In this document: positions 21,003 through 30,652 of the stretch, piece after piece
How the letters are laid out: each line of letters starts with the position of its first letter
Numbering within the stretch: position 1 is the stretch's first letter
Assembly (NCBI GenBank): GCA_963707955.1
Contig: OY970176.1
Location: forward strand, 32,001-96,000
Direction: 5' to 3'
DNA length: 64,000 nucleotides
Source of the DNA: Candidatus Bathyarchaeota archaeon
GTDB taxonomy: Archaea; Thermoproteota; Bathyarchaeia; Bathyarchaeales; Bathycorpusculaceae
Program-made: the position numbers and the translations under genes
The notes under the pieces: model-generated
The model's input: the letters and a program-made list of their open reading frames with translations, nothing else
Databases searched by the model: none
Told to the model about the DNA's origin: nothing

Positions 21003-21731
21003 ATGGAAACCATGTCACAAAACCCCAACCTTTTTCTTTCCCTTGGAAAGCAAGTTAAGGACGAGTACGGATGTACGATAGGAAAGATTGCATCCTTCGC
21101 TGTAACCCCAAGCGGGAAATTTGACTCCGTCTTTATCGAACTTGGCGACGGAAGAATCTCAAAACACTCTTCTGAGCTCCTCAAGTTGGAAGGTGCTAAC
21201 GTAACTCTAACATCTAACATAAAGGCTCAAGCAGCTATCCTGTGCGATCAGATCCCCCTCATTTGGCGCAAAGACCAAGCCCTCAGAGACTTGTCGGAAA
21301 AGAAGAAGATCTCCAAAGAGATGTACACTGAGCTGCACACCAGCTTCGACGGCGTGCTAGCCCAGCTTAGGACCGAAGCTCAAGCTCTCATGGAGGACAT
21401 AGACAATGAAATTGCAAGGTGCGTTGACGAAACGAAGGCCCTAAACTACGCGTTCGTGCACCTCGAACTCGAACATGAGATAGGAAAACTGGACAACCAA
21501 TCCTATGAGACGGCCTTCGCAATAGTTCAGGAAAGCCTCAAGAGAGTCCACATGGAGAAGACCGACCTAGACCTCACAAGGAGCAAGCTCTCAAACATTC
21601 TCTTAGGTGATCAAGCCAAAAACAAGGGGATCGAAGGATCGAAAGCAGTGAGTTCTGCTTCATCCTCTCCAGGGCTTCCAGAGCCGCCTGTAGTAGTCTA
21701 CGTGAAGGAAATCGGAAAGACTGGCATTTAG
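21003..21731 (+). CDS. cdvA: Cell division protein CdvA
   Basis: PRC-barrel LGKQVKDEYG, coiled coil, C-terminal PVVVYV peptide. Confidence 0.85.
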   Translation: METMSQNPNLFLSLGKQVKDEYGCTIGKIASFAVTPSGKFDSVFIELGDGRISKHSSELLKLEGANVTLTSNIKAQAAILCDQIPLIWRKDQALRDLSEKKKISKEMYTELHTSFDGVLAQLRTEAQALMEDIDNEIARCVDETKALNYAFVHLELEHEIGKLDNQSYETAFAIVQESLKRVHMEKTDLDLTRSKLSNILLGDQAKNKGIEGSKAVSSASSSPGLPEPPVVVYVKEIGKTGI

Positions 21732-21767
21732 GATCGAAACAGGAAAGCGGCGGCGGAGGGAGAGCTC

Positions 21768-22667
21768 ATCAAAAGTTTCATTCGTTCGCACCCTCCACCA
21801 TTTCGCGAAACTGTTCTCAAGTCCGTTCAGACCCTGAGAATTGAGCAGGGCAAGCTTGGACTGGCAGCTCACAGACTCAAAAACAGGCACGATTTCCTCT
21901 TCCAAACTTGCGTCAGCGCATTGAGAAACAAGAACAGGGAAAGAGCCGCAATATGTGCAAACGAGATTTCTGAAGTCCGAAAACTCCTGCAATTTCTCCA
22001 CAGCGTAGAGCTGGCAATAGAACGTGTAGTTCTGAGGCTTGAAACCGTAAAAGAGCTAAGCGAGATCGTCGTCGACCTGAAACCCGCTTTGAGACTTCTC
22101 CAAAGTGTCTCGCAGGAGCTGATTTCGGTTCTTCCTGACGTTTCGTCTGAACTGTGCAAAGTCAACGATACCATTAGTGAGACGCTCTACTCGACCAAGA
22201 TAACGACTGATGAATCCGTGATACCCGTGAATTGGAAAACACCCGGCGGTCAAGAGATACTCAATGAAGTCTCAGGCTATCTTGAGAAGAAGCTCGCTGA
22301 GGACCTTCCCGAACCGCCCGCCGCTCAGAAAATCGCAGATGCTGAGAAAACCACGATAAAACAGATGGTGGCAATAGCTTCTGGCATAACAGAATCAGCA
22401 GGCAGGAAATCCGTTGAGGAATCCGGAAGAGATTCTTCTCAAACTCTCTTTTCTTATAAGAAAGCCGAGATTAAGGAAATCTCCTTAAAGGTTGAAAATT
22501 CACAACTAGAAGACATTCTTCTAGATTATGTTAAGAAGACCAACGGACAGATTGACTTGGCACGTTGCTCAGTTGATTTGGAAACCTCAAATGAGGAGAT
22601 CGAAAAGGCCCTTCATAATCTAGGGTCTAAGGGGAAAATAAAGATCGAACTGAAAAATGGAGAGTAG
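21768..22667 (+). CDS. cdvB: Cell division protein CdvB (ESCRT-III with C-terminal winged helix); start uncertain
   Basis: Snf7 core, LPEPP MIM2 motif, C-terminal wH; frame open upstream of TTG 21921; ATC at 21768 follows GGAGG. Confidence 0.8.
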   Translation: MKSFIRSHPPPFRETVLKSVQTLRIEQGKLGLAAHRLKNRHDFLFQTCVSALRNKNRERAAICANEISEVRKLLQFLHSVELAIERVVLRLETVKELSEIVVDLKPALRLLQSVSQELISVLPDVSSELCKVNDTISETLYSTKITTDESVIPVNWKTPGGQEILNEVSGYLEKKLAEDLPEPPAAQKIADAEKTTIKQMVAIASGITESAGRKSVEESGRDSSQTLFSYKKAEIKEISLKVENSQLEDILLDYVKKTNGQIDLARCSVDLETSNEEIEKALHNLGSKGKIKIELKNGE

Positions 22668-22672
22668 AAGGT

Positions 22673-23851
22673 ATGAGCGCTTCACAAGAGCTTGAGAAAT
22701 CCGCAACCAACTACGCGTTGGAAGCGGTACGCTTGGACAAGCAAGGGTCCAAAGGTATGGCAATAACCATGTACCAGAAGGCTATAGAAAGCCTCTTGCA
22801 GCTTGTCCAGCTGTATCCTGAGTACAACCTGAACAAGGTCTACGTGCAAAGAGCAATCGCGTATCAAGAGCGGATTAAGGCTATTCAAGGCGCAGTGATC
22901 ACTTTTCGGGAACAACCACACATTGAAGCGAGAAACGGTGACATTGAAGGCGAACCTAAGAGCAGTGAGGGCGGCAAGTCCAGCTATGAGGAGTTGATAG
23001 TAACAGAGAAGCCTAAAGTCAAATGGGAAGAAGTTGTTGGGCTTGATCCGGCGAAGAAGGCAGTGAAGGAAGCAATAATCTACCCAGTTGAGAGGCCAGA
23101 CCTGTTCCCACTGGGCTGGCCACGGGGAATACTGCTCTTCGGACCACCTGGTTGCGGAAAAACACTGTTGGCAGCGGCCGTCGCGACAGAAATAGACGCA
23201 ACCTTTGTTTCAATAGACGCAGCTTCAATAATGTCGAAATGGTTAGGCGAGGCTGAGCAGAACGTTGCACGTCTCTTTGGTCAAGTGAGAAAATCAGCAG
23301 TGGAAGGTAAACCTGCTATAGTTTTCGTCGATGAATTGGAGTCGTTGATGGGAAAACATTCAAACGAGGTTGGAGGTGAGATTCGCGTTCGAAACCAGTT
23401 CTTGAAAGAGATGGACGGGATAATGGACAAAGGCAAGAACCTTCACGTGTACGTTATTGGAGCAACAAACAAACCTTGGGATTTGGACTGGGCTTTCATA
23501 AGGAGGTTCCAGAAAAGGATCTTGGTGCCTCTGCCAGATCACCATACGAGGTTGATGATGTTCAATCTCTACACCACTAATCTGCAATTGGCGCCTGATG
23601 TTGACCTGCATGAGCTCGCAAGACTTTCAGAAGGGTTCTCTGGAAGCGACATAAGAGATGTTAACCAGTCGGCACAGCTGAAACTCATAGGTGAATTCTT
23701 CGAGTCAGGAAAGGCAAGCGATAAAATGGCAAAGCCTCGACCCTTGACAATGGATGATTTCAGACAGATACTTGAAGAGAGAAAACCCAGCGTATCCCTC
23801 GACATGGTCGCCTTGTACACACGATGGTTTGAAGCCTTCAAGGCCCTCTAG
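22673..23851 (+). CDS. cdvC: Vps4-like AAA ATPase CdvC
   Basis: MIT domain, GPPGCGKT, SKWLGE, VDE and RRFQKR motifs. Confidence 0.92.
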   Translation: MSASQELEKSATNYALEAVRLDKQGSKGMAITMYQKAIESLLQLVQLYPEYNLNKVYVQRAIAYQERIKAIQGAVITFREQPHIEARNGDIEGEPKSSEGGKSSYEELIVTEKPKVKWEEVVGLDPAKKAVKEAIIYPVERPDLFPLGWPRGILLFGPPGCGKTLLAAAVATEIDATFVSIDAASIMSKWLGEAEQNVARLFGQVRKSAVEGKPAIVFVDELESLMGKHSNEVGGEIRVRNQFLKEMDGIMDKGKNLHVYVIGATNKPWDLDWAFIRRFQKRILVPLPDHHTRLMMFNLYTTNLQLAPDVDLHELARLSEGFSGSDIRDVNQSAQLKLIGEFFESGKASDKMAKPRPLTMDDFRQILEERKPSVSLDMVALYTRWFEAFKAL

Positions 23852-23869
23852 AAGGAGATGATGCAACAA

Positions 23870-23993
23870 GAGTGTGTTGAACTGTCGGGTGGAAAGGTTT
23901 GGAGAATTACCTTGAATTTTTAACCTATCTCCTTTCTCCCATCTCCCCCTCAGATAATCTCCCCAAACCCCACAACCCTGACACAACACAACT
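23870..23993. repeat. Imperfect inverted-repeat (MITE-like) element between convergent genes
   Basis: Left end AGTGTGTTGAACTGTCGGGTGGAAAGGTTTGGAGAATTA versus reverse complement of right end AGTTGTGTTGTGTCAGGGTTGTGGGGTTTGGGGAGATTA. Confidence 0.45.
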
Positions 23994-24529
23994 CAAGTTG
24001 CAGCCTTTTTCTTAACAATTCTCTCAATTAGATCTGCAAGTCTTTCAGAGTCTTCCCGTATGTCCACGTATGGAATTCGCTTTAGGCCTGACTTGGGCTG
24101 ATAAGGTCCTGTGAAAGCCAGTATAGGATTGAAAATCTCCAAGCTTTCCGCAGTTTCTTCAAGGGATCTCACTACGGCAATTTTGTAGATAGACTTGTTT
24201 TCGGCAACCAGTTTTCGAAAGCCTTCAAGAAAAACCAAATCGCTGTCCCTGCATTTTCGCAGGATTGCCCTTAAGGAAAGGTTTCTGGACTCCGTTTTCT
24301 CAATCGTTGCGATCTCAGCAGCTGATACAGCGACCACAATCTTGGCTCCCGACCGCGCGAACTTCCAAGTGTCTTTTCCCTTCGTGTCAATCGTAAAATC
24401 TGGTTCAGGGATATGCTTCACGGCTGCGATCTTGTATCCCCTTTGCGTAAGCTCTTTGGTCAAGATCTCTATCGTTATTGTCTTCCCTGACTTTTTTCCT
24501 CCGACAACGGCTATCACAACGGGTAGCAT
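23993..24529 (-). CDS. mobB: Molybdopterin-guanine dinucleotide biosynthesis protein B
   Basis: GGKKSGKT, VKH, DTKGKDTW and EGF motifs. Confidence 0.88.
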   Translation of the reverse strand: MLPVVIAVVGGKKSGKTITIEILTKELTQRGYKIAAVKHIPEPDFTIDTKGKDTWKFARSGAKIVVAVSAAEIATIEKTESRNLSLRAILRKCRDSDLVFLEGFRKLVAENKSIYKIAVVRSLEETAESLEIFNPILAFTGPYQPKSGLKRIPYVDIREDSERLADLIERIVKKKAAT

Positions 24530-24541
24530 GGTGATATCCTG

Positions 24542-25009
24542 CTACTCCATCTCTTCAGTAAAGACCTTTCTTAAAGTGCCCCTATCCACGTGCAGTTTCT
24601 CTGCAAGGTCTTTCACCCATCGAATGTAAGCCCTGAAAAGGTCTTGTAATATCTCTGCTTTCTCCTCTTGAGAAAGGTCCCTTTGTTCAGCCAGCAGCAG
24701 CGCAAACCACCTTCCAGCATCCGAAAGCAGATAGACTTTAACCCACATGATACGCCCTTTTTCCTCAACTTTCTCCATGCTCTCTTTCATTATTCGAAGT
24801 CTTGTCAGCGATTTCAAATTCTCAATGATGGTTTTGTTTGAGTAGGACAGTTTTTTCACAAGATCTTTCTGGTAGATCTTGTTCGAAATGCCGTTTTTCA
24901 AGGAGAACCTCAGGACGTCGACAGCTGCTTTTGAGCCGAAAATCGCACTCAGTATCTTTGTTTTTTGTTCGGATGGAAGGAACACTACATACGGATGTAA
25001 ATCTTCCAC
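24542..25009 (-). CDS. Winged-helix DNA-binding protein
   Basis: YQKDLVKKLSYSNKTIIENLKSL HTH-like segment followed by a wing. Confidence 0.6.
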   Translation of the reverse strand: MEDLHPYVVFLPSEQKTKILSAIFGSKAAVDVLRFSLKNGISNKIYQKDLVKKLSYSNKTIIENLKSLTRLRIMKESMEKVEEKGRIMWVKVYLLSDAGRWFALLLAEQRDLSQEEKAEILQDLFRAYIRWVKDLAEKLHVDRGTLRKVFTEEME

Positions 25010-25108
25010 TAGGACTCACCGCACTCAGCTCTGCAGTATTCCTGCTTTAAACGTTACGGCTTTGTGCAATAGGTTTTTTTAACACTATGAACCAGTCTAT
25101 CGCGGTGC

Positions 25109-26140
25109 ATCAAGACGAACGTTGACAGCTGGATTCCTGAGGACGGAGACACTTTCATAACCAAAGCGGGGTTCATATTCAACGTTTTCGGATATGAGCA
25201 TCCAACTGGTAGAGTCTTTGCCTTCTTGAAATACATTCCAGCCAAGTCCAAGAAACTCTTCAACATCGCATATCTGAACAACACTTGGAACTACAGAAGG
25301 CAGAAAGTTTTCCGGGCAGAGAAGCTCTACACTGCCCAAAACTACCAGAGTTTCCTTGAGACTTTTAGACACAATTTTCCCAGCTACGTGTATTTCTGCC
25401 AGTACAGGGGCAAAGAGGTTATAACGGCACCCTTGAACTCTGTTAAAGATATTTATGTGCCAAAAGAGTGTCTGCACCGTTTGGCAAAGCTTCAGACCAG
25501 GGACAGTCTGCAAAACGCTGCGTTGGAGCTTATCAAACTGCTGTCAAGCGAGTCACAAATCGACACTGAAGACTTCGGAATCCACGGTTCAATTGCTTTG
25601 AACATGCACACGCCAAAGTCGGACATGGACTTAGTAGTCTATGGAGCGCAAAACTTTCGCAAAGTTGAGGCAGCAATAAATAAACTTGCCGAAGCAGGGA
25701 CGCTCAGTTACATGTCCAAGAATCGTATAGACGCAGCGAGACAATGCAAGGGAAAATACCAAGGCGAAATATTCATGTACAACGCAGTCCGAAAGCCTGA
25801 GGAAGTCAATTCAAAATACGGGACAGCTAAGTATCATCCCATTGCCCCTGTCAGGTTCTGCTGCACGGTAAAAGACGATTCTGAAGCGATGTTTCGCCCA
25901 GCCATTTACGGAATTGAAAATTACGTTCCAGCCGACAGAGGGTCAACCTTAAGGGAGGACAAAGTGCCCAACCAGGTGGTCTCAATGATCGGGTGTTACC
26001 GGAATGTTGCCCGGCGAGGCGACAGGATCCGAGTTTCCGGAATGCTGGAGCGTGTTGAAAACCTCGAAACAGGACAGGTTTCTCATCAAGTAGTCGTCGG
26101 CACTGGCACAGGTGAGGAAGAGCACATTTGGCCGCTCTGA
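25109..26140 (+). CDS. Pol-beta-superfamily nucleotidyltransferase (COG1665-like) paralog 1; start uncertain
   Basis: GIHGS..SDMD motif; conserved N-terminus [21 protein letters not shown] lies upstream of the first canonical start (25226). Confidence 0.75.
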   Translation: MKTNVDSWIPEDGDTFITKAGFIFNVFGYEHPTGRVFAFLKYIPAKSKKLFNIAYLNNTWNYRRQKVFRAEKLYTAQNYQSFLETFRHNFPSYVYFCQYRGKEVITAPLNSVKDIYVPKECLHRLAKLQTRDSLQNAALELIKLLSSESQIDTEDFGIHGSIALNMHTPKSDMDLVVYGAQNFRKVEAAINKLAEAGTLSYMSKNRIDAARQCKGKYQGEIFMYNAVRKPEEVNSKYGTAKYHPIAPVRFCCTVKDDSEAMFRPAIYGIENYVPADRGSTLREDKVPNQVVSMIGCYRNVARRGDRIRVSGMLERVENLETGQVSHQVVVGTGTGEEEHIWPL

Positions 26141-27198
26141 AACTCCGTGACCGTGACGCGATTATCACAGAAGAAGGGTTGATCTTCCGCGTTTTCGGCT
26201 ACTCGCATCCTTCAAAGTCCAATGTTTGCGATGTCGAGTACGCGCCTTCTAGCATCTTCAAGTCCGACAATCCAAAAGCCTTCAGAAACGCGGGTCAAAA
26301 CGTATTCTATAAGTTCTACGAGGATGAAGGCTGGAAGTTCGTTGAAAGCAAGTACCCACGATACATGATTTTCCACGAAATGCTGCGACAAAACGTAGTC
26401 GGAGTCAACCACAACGACGTTCATGAAGTTAGAAGACCGGAAGCAATTCTTCAAGAACGTATTGGAACACAGCCAAAAGATGAACTTCTCATGGCTGCGC
26501 AAAGTGTACTCGATATCGTGACAGAGTCTGCAGGTTTAAGCCCCGGAGACTTCGGGGTTTTCGGCTCTTTGCTGCATGGCTTTTATCATCCAAAGTTCTC
26601 TGATATTGACCTGATCGTTTACGGCAGAAGGAATGTTGCCAAGCTCTGTGAAACACTCAAAGAACTTTATGAAGCTGATTCTTCGCCGCTCAAGAACGAG
26701 TTCGAAACCGAACGATCAATCGAAGGCAAGAATTGGCGGTTTCTGAACTTTAGTCTCGAAGAATACTTGTGGCATCAGAGAAGAAAGCTGATCTATGCCT
26801 TGTTTGACAACGCACGAAGTGGCAGGAGAATAAAGACAGAGTTTGAGCCTGTGAAAGACTGGAAAGAGATTAGCAACGAATATAGCCCCAGAACAAGAAT
26901 TCTGCGAAGAGGTTGGACTAAGATTCTGGCCACGGTGACTGATGCCAGTGAGGCCTCATACATTCCCTCGATCTATGGCATTAAACCGCTTCAAGTTCTT
27001 GAAGGACCAAGGGAAACTGCTGAGGTAAGACGAATTGTCTCTTACATGGAGGAATTTCGAATGCAAGCAAGGGACGGAGAAACCGTGTATGTCGAAGGAA
27101 ACCTTGAGGAAGTGACAACTCCGAAGAGCAGTTTCTATCAAATAGCGTTGACCTATTGTGAAAGATACTGTGAGCAGGTTCTGAAAGTGAAGAATTGA
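26128..27198 (+). CDS. Pol-beta-superfamily nucleotidyltransferase (COG1665-like) paralog 2
   Basis: [21 protein letters not shown] and GVFGS..SDID motifs. Confidence 0.8.
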   Translation: MAALKLRDRDAIITEEGLIFRVFGYSHPSKSNVCDVEYAPSSIFKSDNPKAFRNAGQNVFYKFYEDEGWKFVESKYPRYMIFHEMLRQNVVGVNHNDVHEVRRPEAILQERIGTQPKDELLMAAQSVLDIVTESAGLSPGDFGVFGSLLHGFYHPKFSDIDLIVYGRRNVAKLCETLKELYEADSSPLKNEFETERSIEGKNWRFLNFSLEEYLWHQRRKLIYALFDNARSGRRIKTEFEPVKDWKEISNEYSPRTRILRRGWTKILATVTDASEASYIPSIYGIKPLQVLEGPRETAEVRRIVSYMEEFRMQARDGETVYVEGNLEEVTTPKSSFYQIALTYCERYCEQVLKVKN

Positions 27199-27202
27199 AT
27201 TG

Positions 27203-28216
27203 CTACGCCAGTATCATATAGTCTGACGGTTTGTTCCCAATCAATAGTCTAAAGTGTTCTTGATGTCGTTTCAAATCTGTGACGCGCTCGATTTTTCCCT
27301 GTGCAATAACGGTTTCGCCGCTTGCCGCTTGTTCGCAGAACCTTCCGCGGAAGGAAGCAATCTCTGTAATTGGGGAGAGCTTTGGTCCTTCCATGACGTT
27401 TGTGCTCTTAATAGCGTACCTGCATGGAGTAAAAATCGATTCAGAATCGTCCACGACTGTTGCTTTGATTCTTGCATAACCACTATTCTTGTATTGTATG
27501 TCGCCATATTTTTCATCAATCTCGTCCCAGTTCTTCACGAAGCGGATGAAGTAATCAGTTTTCGTGAATTTTCCCTGAAAGGCTTTTTTCGATTCGGTTC
27601 GAACGAAGTCTTCAAAATCCATCGTCGTGTCCTTCGAACGGAAATCGAACAAGCTTCTAAGTTCATGTTGGCTATAGAGCTTAAGGGGCGAATGTGGGTC
27701 ATTAAACATTTCTTGAAGGCTTGAATGGACTCGCCGACAATTTGCAGAACCATACACGATCGGATCGACGTCAGAACCAATCTTGTGGAGTCCAGCCAAG
27801 ATGGATCCAGAAATTCCGATTGTGCTCCACGGAATGTTCGAGTTTTGTTTGAGTAGTTCCGTTAACTGCAATGCCTTGTTTTCCAGTGCGTCCACAGTCT
27901 TAGAATTTCTCAGTTGCTGCAGCTTTTTCAAGGGGTCAAAATGCTTTTTGACCTTGTTGAATGGCACTTCGCATAGAGTTTCATCAAACACAGGGTCATA
28001 GACAAGATACGCGGGGAACTTCTCTCTCAACAGCGAGTAGCGGTCCGAAAGCGAATAGACCTTGCGATAGGTTAACTCATTCTTCTTTCTGTCACCCTTT
28101 TCCTCAAGAAAAAAACGGATGAAGGCCACGATTCGATCGTTAGGATGGACTAATCCTTTTACGTCGAAAATCGCCCCGTCACGGGTTTCAAGTAGGTCTC
28201 CCTCTCTTGCTTTCAT
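27203..28216 (-). CDS. Pol-beta-superfamily nucleotidyltransferase (COG1665-like) paralog 3
   Basis: EGDLLETRDGAIFDVKGLVHP and GISGS..SDVD motifs. Confidence 0.8.
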   Translation of the reverse strand: MKAREGDLLETRDGAIFDVKGLVHPNDRIVAFIRFFLEEKGDRKKNELTYRKVYSLSDRYSLLREKFPAYLVYDPVFDETLCEVPFNKVKKHFDPLKKLQQLRNSKTVDALENKALQLTELLKQNSNIPWSTIGISGSILAGLHKIGSDVDPIVYGSANCRRVHSSLQEMFNDPHSPLKLYSQHELRSLFDFRSKDTTMDFEDFVRTESKKAFQGKFTKTDYFIRFVKNWDEIDEKYGDIQYKNSGYARIKATVVDDSESIFTPCRYAIKSTNVMEGPKLSPITEIASFRGRFCEQAASGETVIAQGKIERVTDLKRHQEHFRLLIGNKPSDYMILA

Positions 28217-28255
28217 CAGCTACCTCTCGCCATTAAAAGACGCATCGATAAGTGT

Positions 28256-29005
28256 CTACTTTTCGGTTTTCAGAAAGTCTACAGCCAGTACTCTCAAGTT
28301 TGCCCTTCTTAAGGCTAAAAGGACTGCTGTGCCGATTGTGGCTCCTGCAAGACAATTCAAGGCGTCTGCGATTGCGTAGTATATAGTCGATCCTACCCAA
28401 AGGGGATAAAATGTTGAGGTTCCCCATCCTAGGGTCCATACAAAAATGTTATTACCTGTTGCTGTGTCGCCACCTACCAGAGCAATCCAAGCAAGGCACC
28501 ATAGGGCAATAGTTAAATTTGCAGGATTTCGCGACGTTATGGAGCCAACAATCCATTTTCTCACTGGAGGTATTACGATGAAGGCTAACACAAGCCAATA
28601 TTGCCATGTTATGATGGGCATTGCTTGGTACCATGCGAACGGATGCAGGAACCATATCACCATTTCCAAACAGAAGATCAGAGTGGCCTCTTTCCATCGG
28701 TTAAACAGAACAAGACCGCTCATCAACGCAGCCATCGTTGGGGTCAAGAAAGTTAGCAGTCCGATGGAAGCACCCGGGTTCACAGATGGAACAAGCCATC
28801 CAAAGATAAATCCCGAAACCCCTCCCCAGAGGGGTCCTAATATAGGCGCCGTCAAAGCTGAGAACACGATACTTGAAAAAGTTATCACTACACCGCTTCC
28901 GAGGACAGGGTAGGCTGGAATCCAAGCGCATGCGAGCACCAAGCCAACCCACGTGGCAGTCAAGGCCAGAAACACTACGTTGGTTATATATTTTGGAGTC
29001 ATCAT
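28256..29005 (-). CDS. Multi-TM membrane protein, ECF S-component-like
   Basis: About 7 TM segments with ILGPLWGGVSGFIFG motif. Confidence 0.6.
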   Translation of the reverse strand: MMTPKYITNVVFLALTATWVGLVLACAWIPAYPVLGSGVVITFSSIVFSALTAPILGPLWGGVSGFIFGWLVPSVNPGASIGLLTFLTPTMAALMSGLVLFNRWKEATLIFCLEMVIWFLHPFAWYQAMPIITWQYWLVLAFIVIPPVRKWIVGSITSRNPANLTIALWCLAWIALVGGDTATGNNIFVWTLGWGTSTFYPLWVGSTIYYAIADALNCLAGATIGTAVLLALRRANLRVLAVDFLKTEK

Positions 29006-29105
29006 AATTCAACGGCTTGTGTTGCATTTTTCCTAGCTGTGTAACTTTTTACACAACGTTAATAAAACTTTCCAAGACTATGACTTAGAAGGCGGTTCAG
29101 TCCAG

Positions 29106-30050
29106 TTGAGTTCACTGACCAAATCGAAGCATGTCTCGCACTGCTTGGAGCTTGCCATACTTCTAGAGGCGAGTGCTCATAAGCCTGGAAACGTAAGCGT
29201 TGTTACCAACTTTGAAAAAACTCGGTATGAGCATTTTCTTGCTTCCGCCGTTGCTGCGTCTTCTTCTTTTGAATCTGCGGCAAAGAGAGGAATTGCTGTT
29301 TCTGAAGACAGAATTGACCTGTGCGATGTTGGAGTGGGCCAGTTTATAAAGAGTTGTGTGGCTGACATCAACGCTTGGCAGCACGGCGGCAACACGTTGC
29401 TGGGCACCGTGATTCTGCTTTCTCCGATGGCCGTCGCTGCTGGCATGACCATGTTGAGAGAGCGTTTTGACGTGCCCGCTTTAAGAAAGAACTTGAAGCT
29501 GGTTGTGGAATCAACAACCGCCAAGGACGCCGTTGACGTTTATGAGGCCATAAGGATCGCTAACCCCAGCGGGCTTGGGAAGGCTCCTGACTTGGACATC
29601 AACGACCCCACCGCGACTGAAAGAATAATAGATCAGAAGATATCTCTGTTTGAAGTTTTCAAGATAGCTGAGAAATATGACACTATCTGTTCCGAGTGGA
29701 CGAAGAACTATCCAGTGACTTTTGATCTTGCTTATCCCTCTTTGACTAATCGGTTGCGAAACAGCCCTGATCCAGGTTTGGGCATAGTTCAAACCTTCTT
29801 GCAGGTGCTTGCTGAAGTTCCAGACACTTTTATAGCCAGAAAGACGAGCATAGAGAAAGCGCGTCAGATTTCGCTGAAAGCCAGAGAGGTCGTAGAGCTC
29901 GGTGGAGTTGAAACATCCAGCGGAAGAAAGAGCTTAGACAAGCTTGACGGGGAACTCAAGAAATCCAGCAATCTTTTGAATCCAGGAACCACTGCTGACA
30001 TCATAGGAGCTGCACTAGCGCTGTGCATTCTGGCCGGATACAGGCCTTAG
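29106..30050 (+). CDS. citG: CitG/triphosphoribosyl-dephospho-CoA synthase family protein
   Basis: LEASAHKPGNV, NTLLG, PDTFIARK and NPGTTAD motifs. Confidence 0.88.
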   Translation: MSSLTKSKHVSHCLELAILLEASAHKPGNVSVVTNFEKTRYEHFLASAVAASSSFESAAKRGIAVSEDRIDLCDVGVGQFIKSCVADINAWQHGGNTLLGTVILLSPMAVAAGMTMLRERFDVPALRKNLKLVVESTTAKDAVDVYEAIRIANPSGLGKAPDLDINDPTATERIIDQKISLFEVFKIAEKYDTICSEWTKNYPVTFDLAYPSLTNRLRNSPDPGLGIVQTFLQVLAEVPDTFIARKTSIEKARQISLKAREVVELGGVETSSGRKSLDKLDGELKKSSNLLNPGTTADIIGAALALCILAGYRP

Positions 30051-30244
30051 CCACGTTCACTATGCACTCATCTTCTGTAGAGAAGAACCAGTGTGTCCAA
30101 TAGCAGCTATGTTGCTCCTGCGACTTGAAGCCATTGTCGATGTTTTATTGGGAAATCAGTTAGGCTAAATAACCCGTTAATGCACTGAGACTACTTCTAA
30201 GAGCCGAAAAGATGTTGCCGCAGAAAATCGAGCAGGAACGTGAA

Positions 30245-30652
30245 ATGAGGAACGAAGCAAGACTCTCCGTTACGTTGCTGACAGGGCGAACGATTGAACA
30301 GGGCGTTGGCAAGGAGCGCGGAAAAGCTTCAAAGGAATACGCTGAAAGCGTTGCCCTCTGTTTCATAGACCCGCAGGACATGAAGAAACTTAAGGTCAAA
30401 GAAGGAGCCAACGTGGAAGTGTCAACGAGCCAAGGTTCTGTCGTTTTGAAATCCGTGAAATCCAGAAGAGGCCCTCATCCTGGCTTAGTTTTTGTTCCCT
30501 ACGGCCCGTGGGCAAACGTCGTCGTTGATTCAGGGACAGACAGCATCGGAATGCCCTCTCTGAAAGGAATCCCAGCCGAAATAGAATCCACGCCGGAAAA
30601 ACCAGTTCTAGATTTACCCCAACTTCTTGCGCAGCTCTTCGGGAATGAGTGA
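30245..30652 (+). CDS. fwdD: Formylmethanofuran dehydrogenase subunit D
   Basis: LLTGRTIEQG, FVPYGPWAN and GMPSLKG motifs. Confidence 0.92.
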   Translation: MRNEARLSVTLLTGRTIEQGVGKERGKASKEYAESVALCFIDPQDMKKLKVKEGANVEVSTSQGSVVLKSVKSRRGPHPGLVFVPYGPWANVVVDSGTDSIGMPSLKGIPAEIESTPEKPVLDLPQLLAQLFGNE

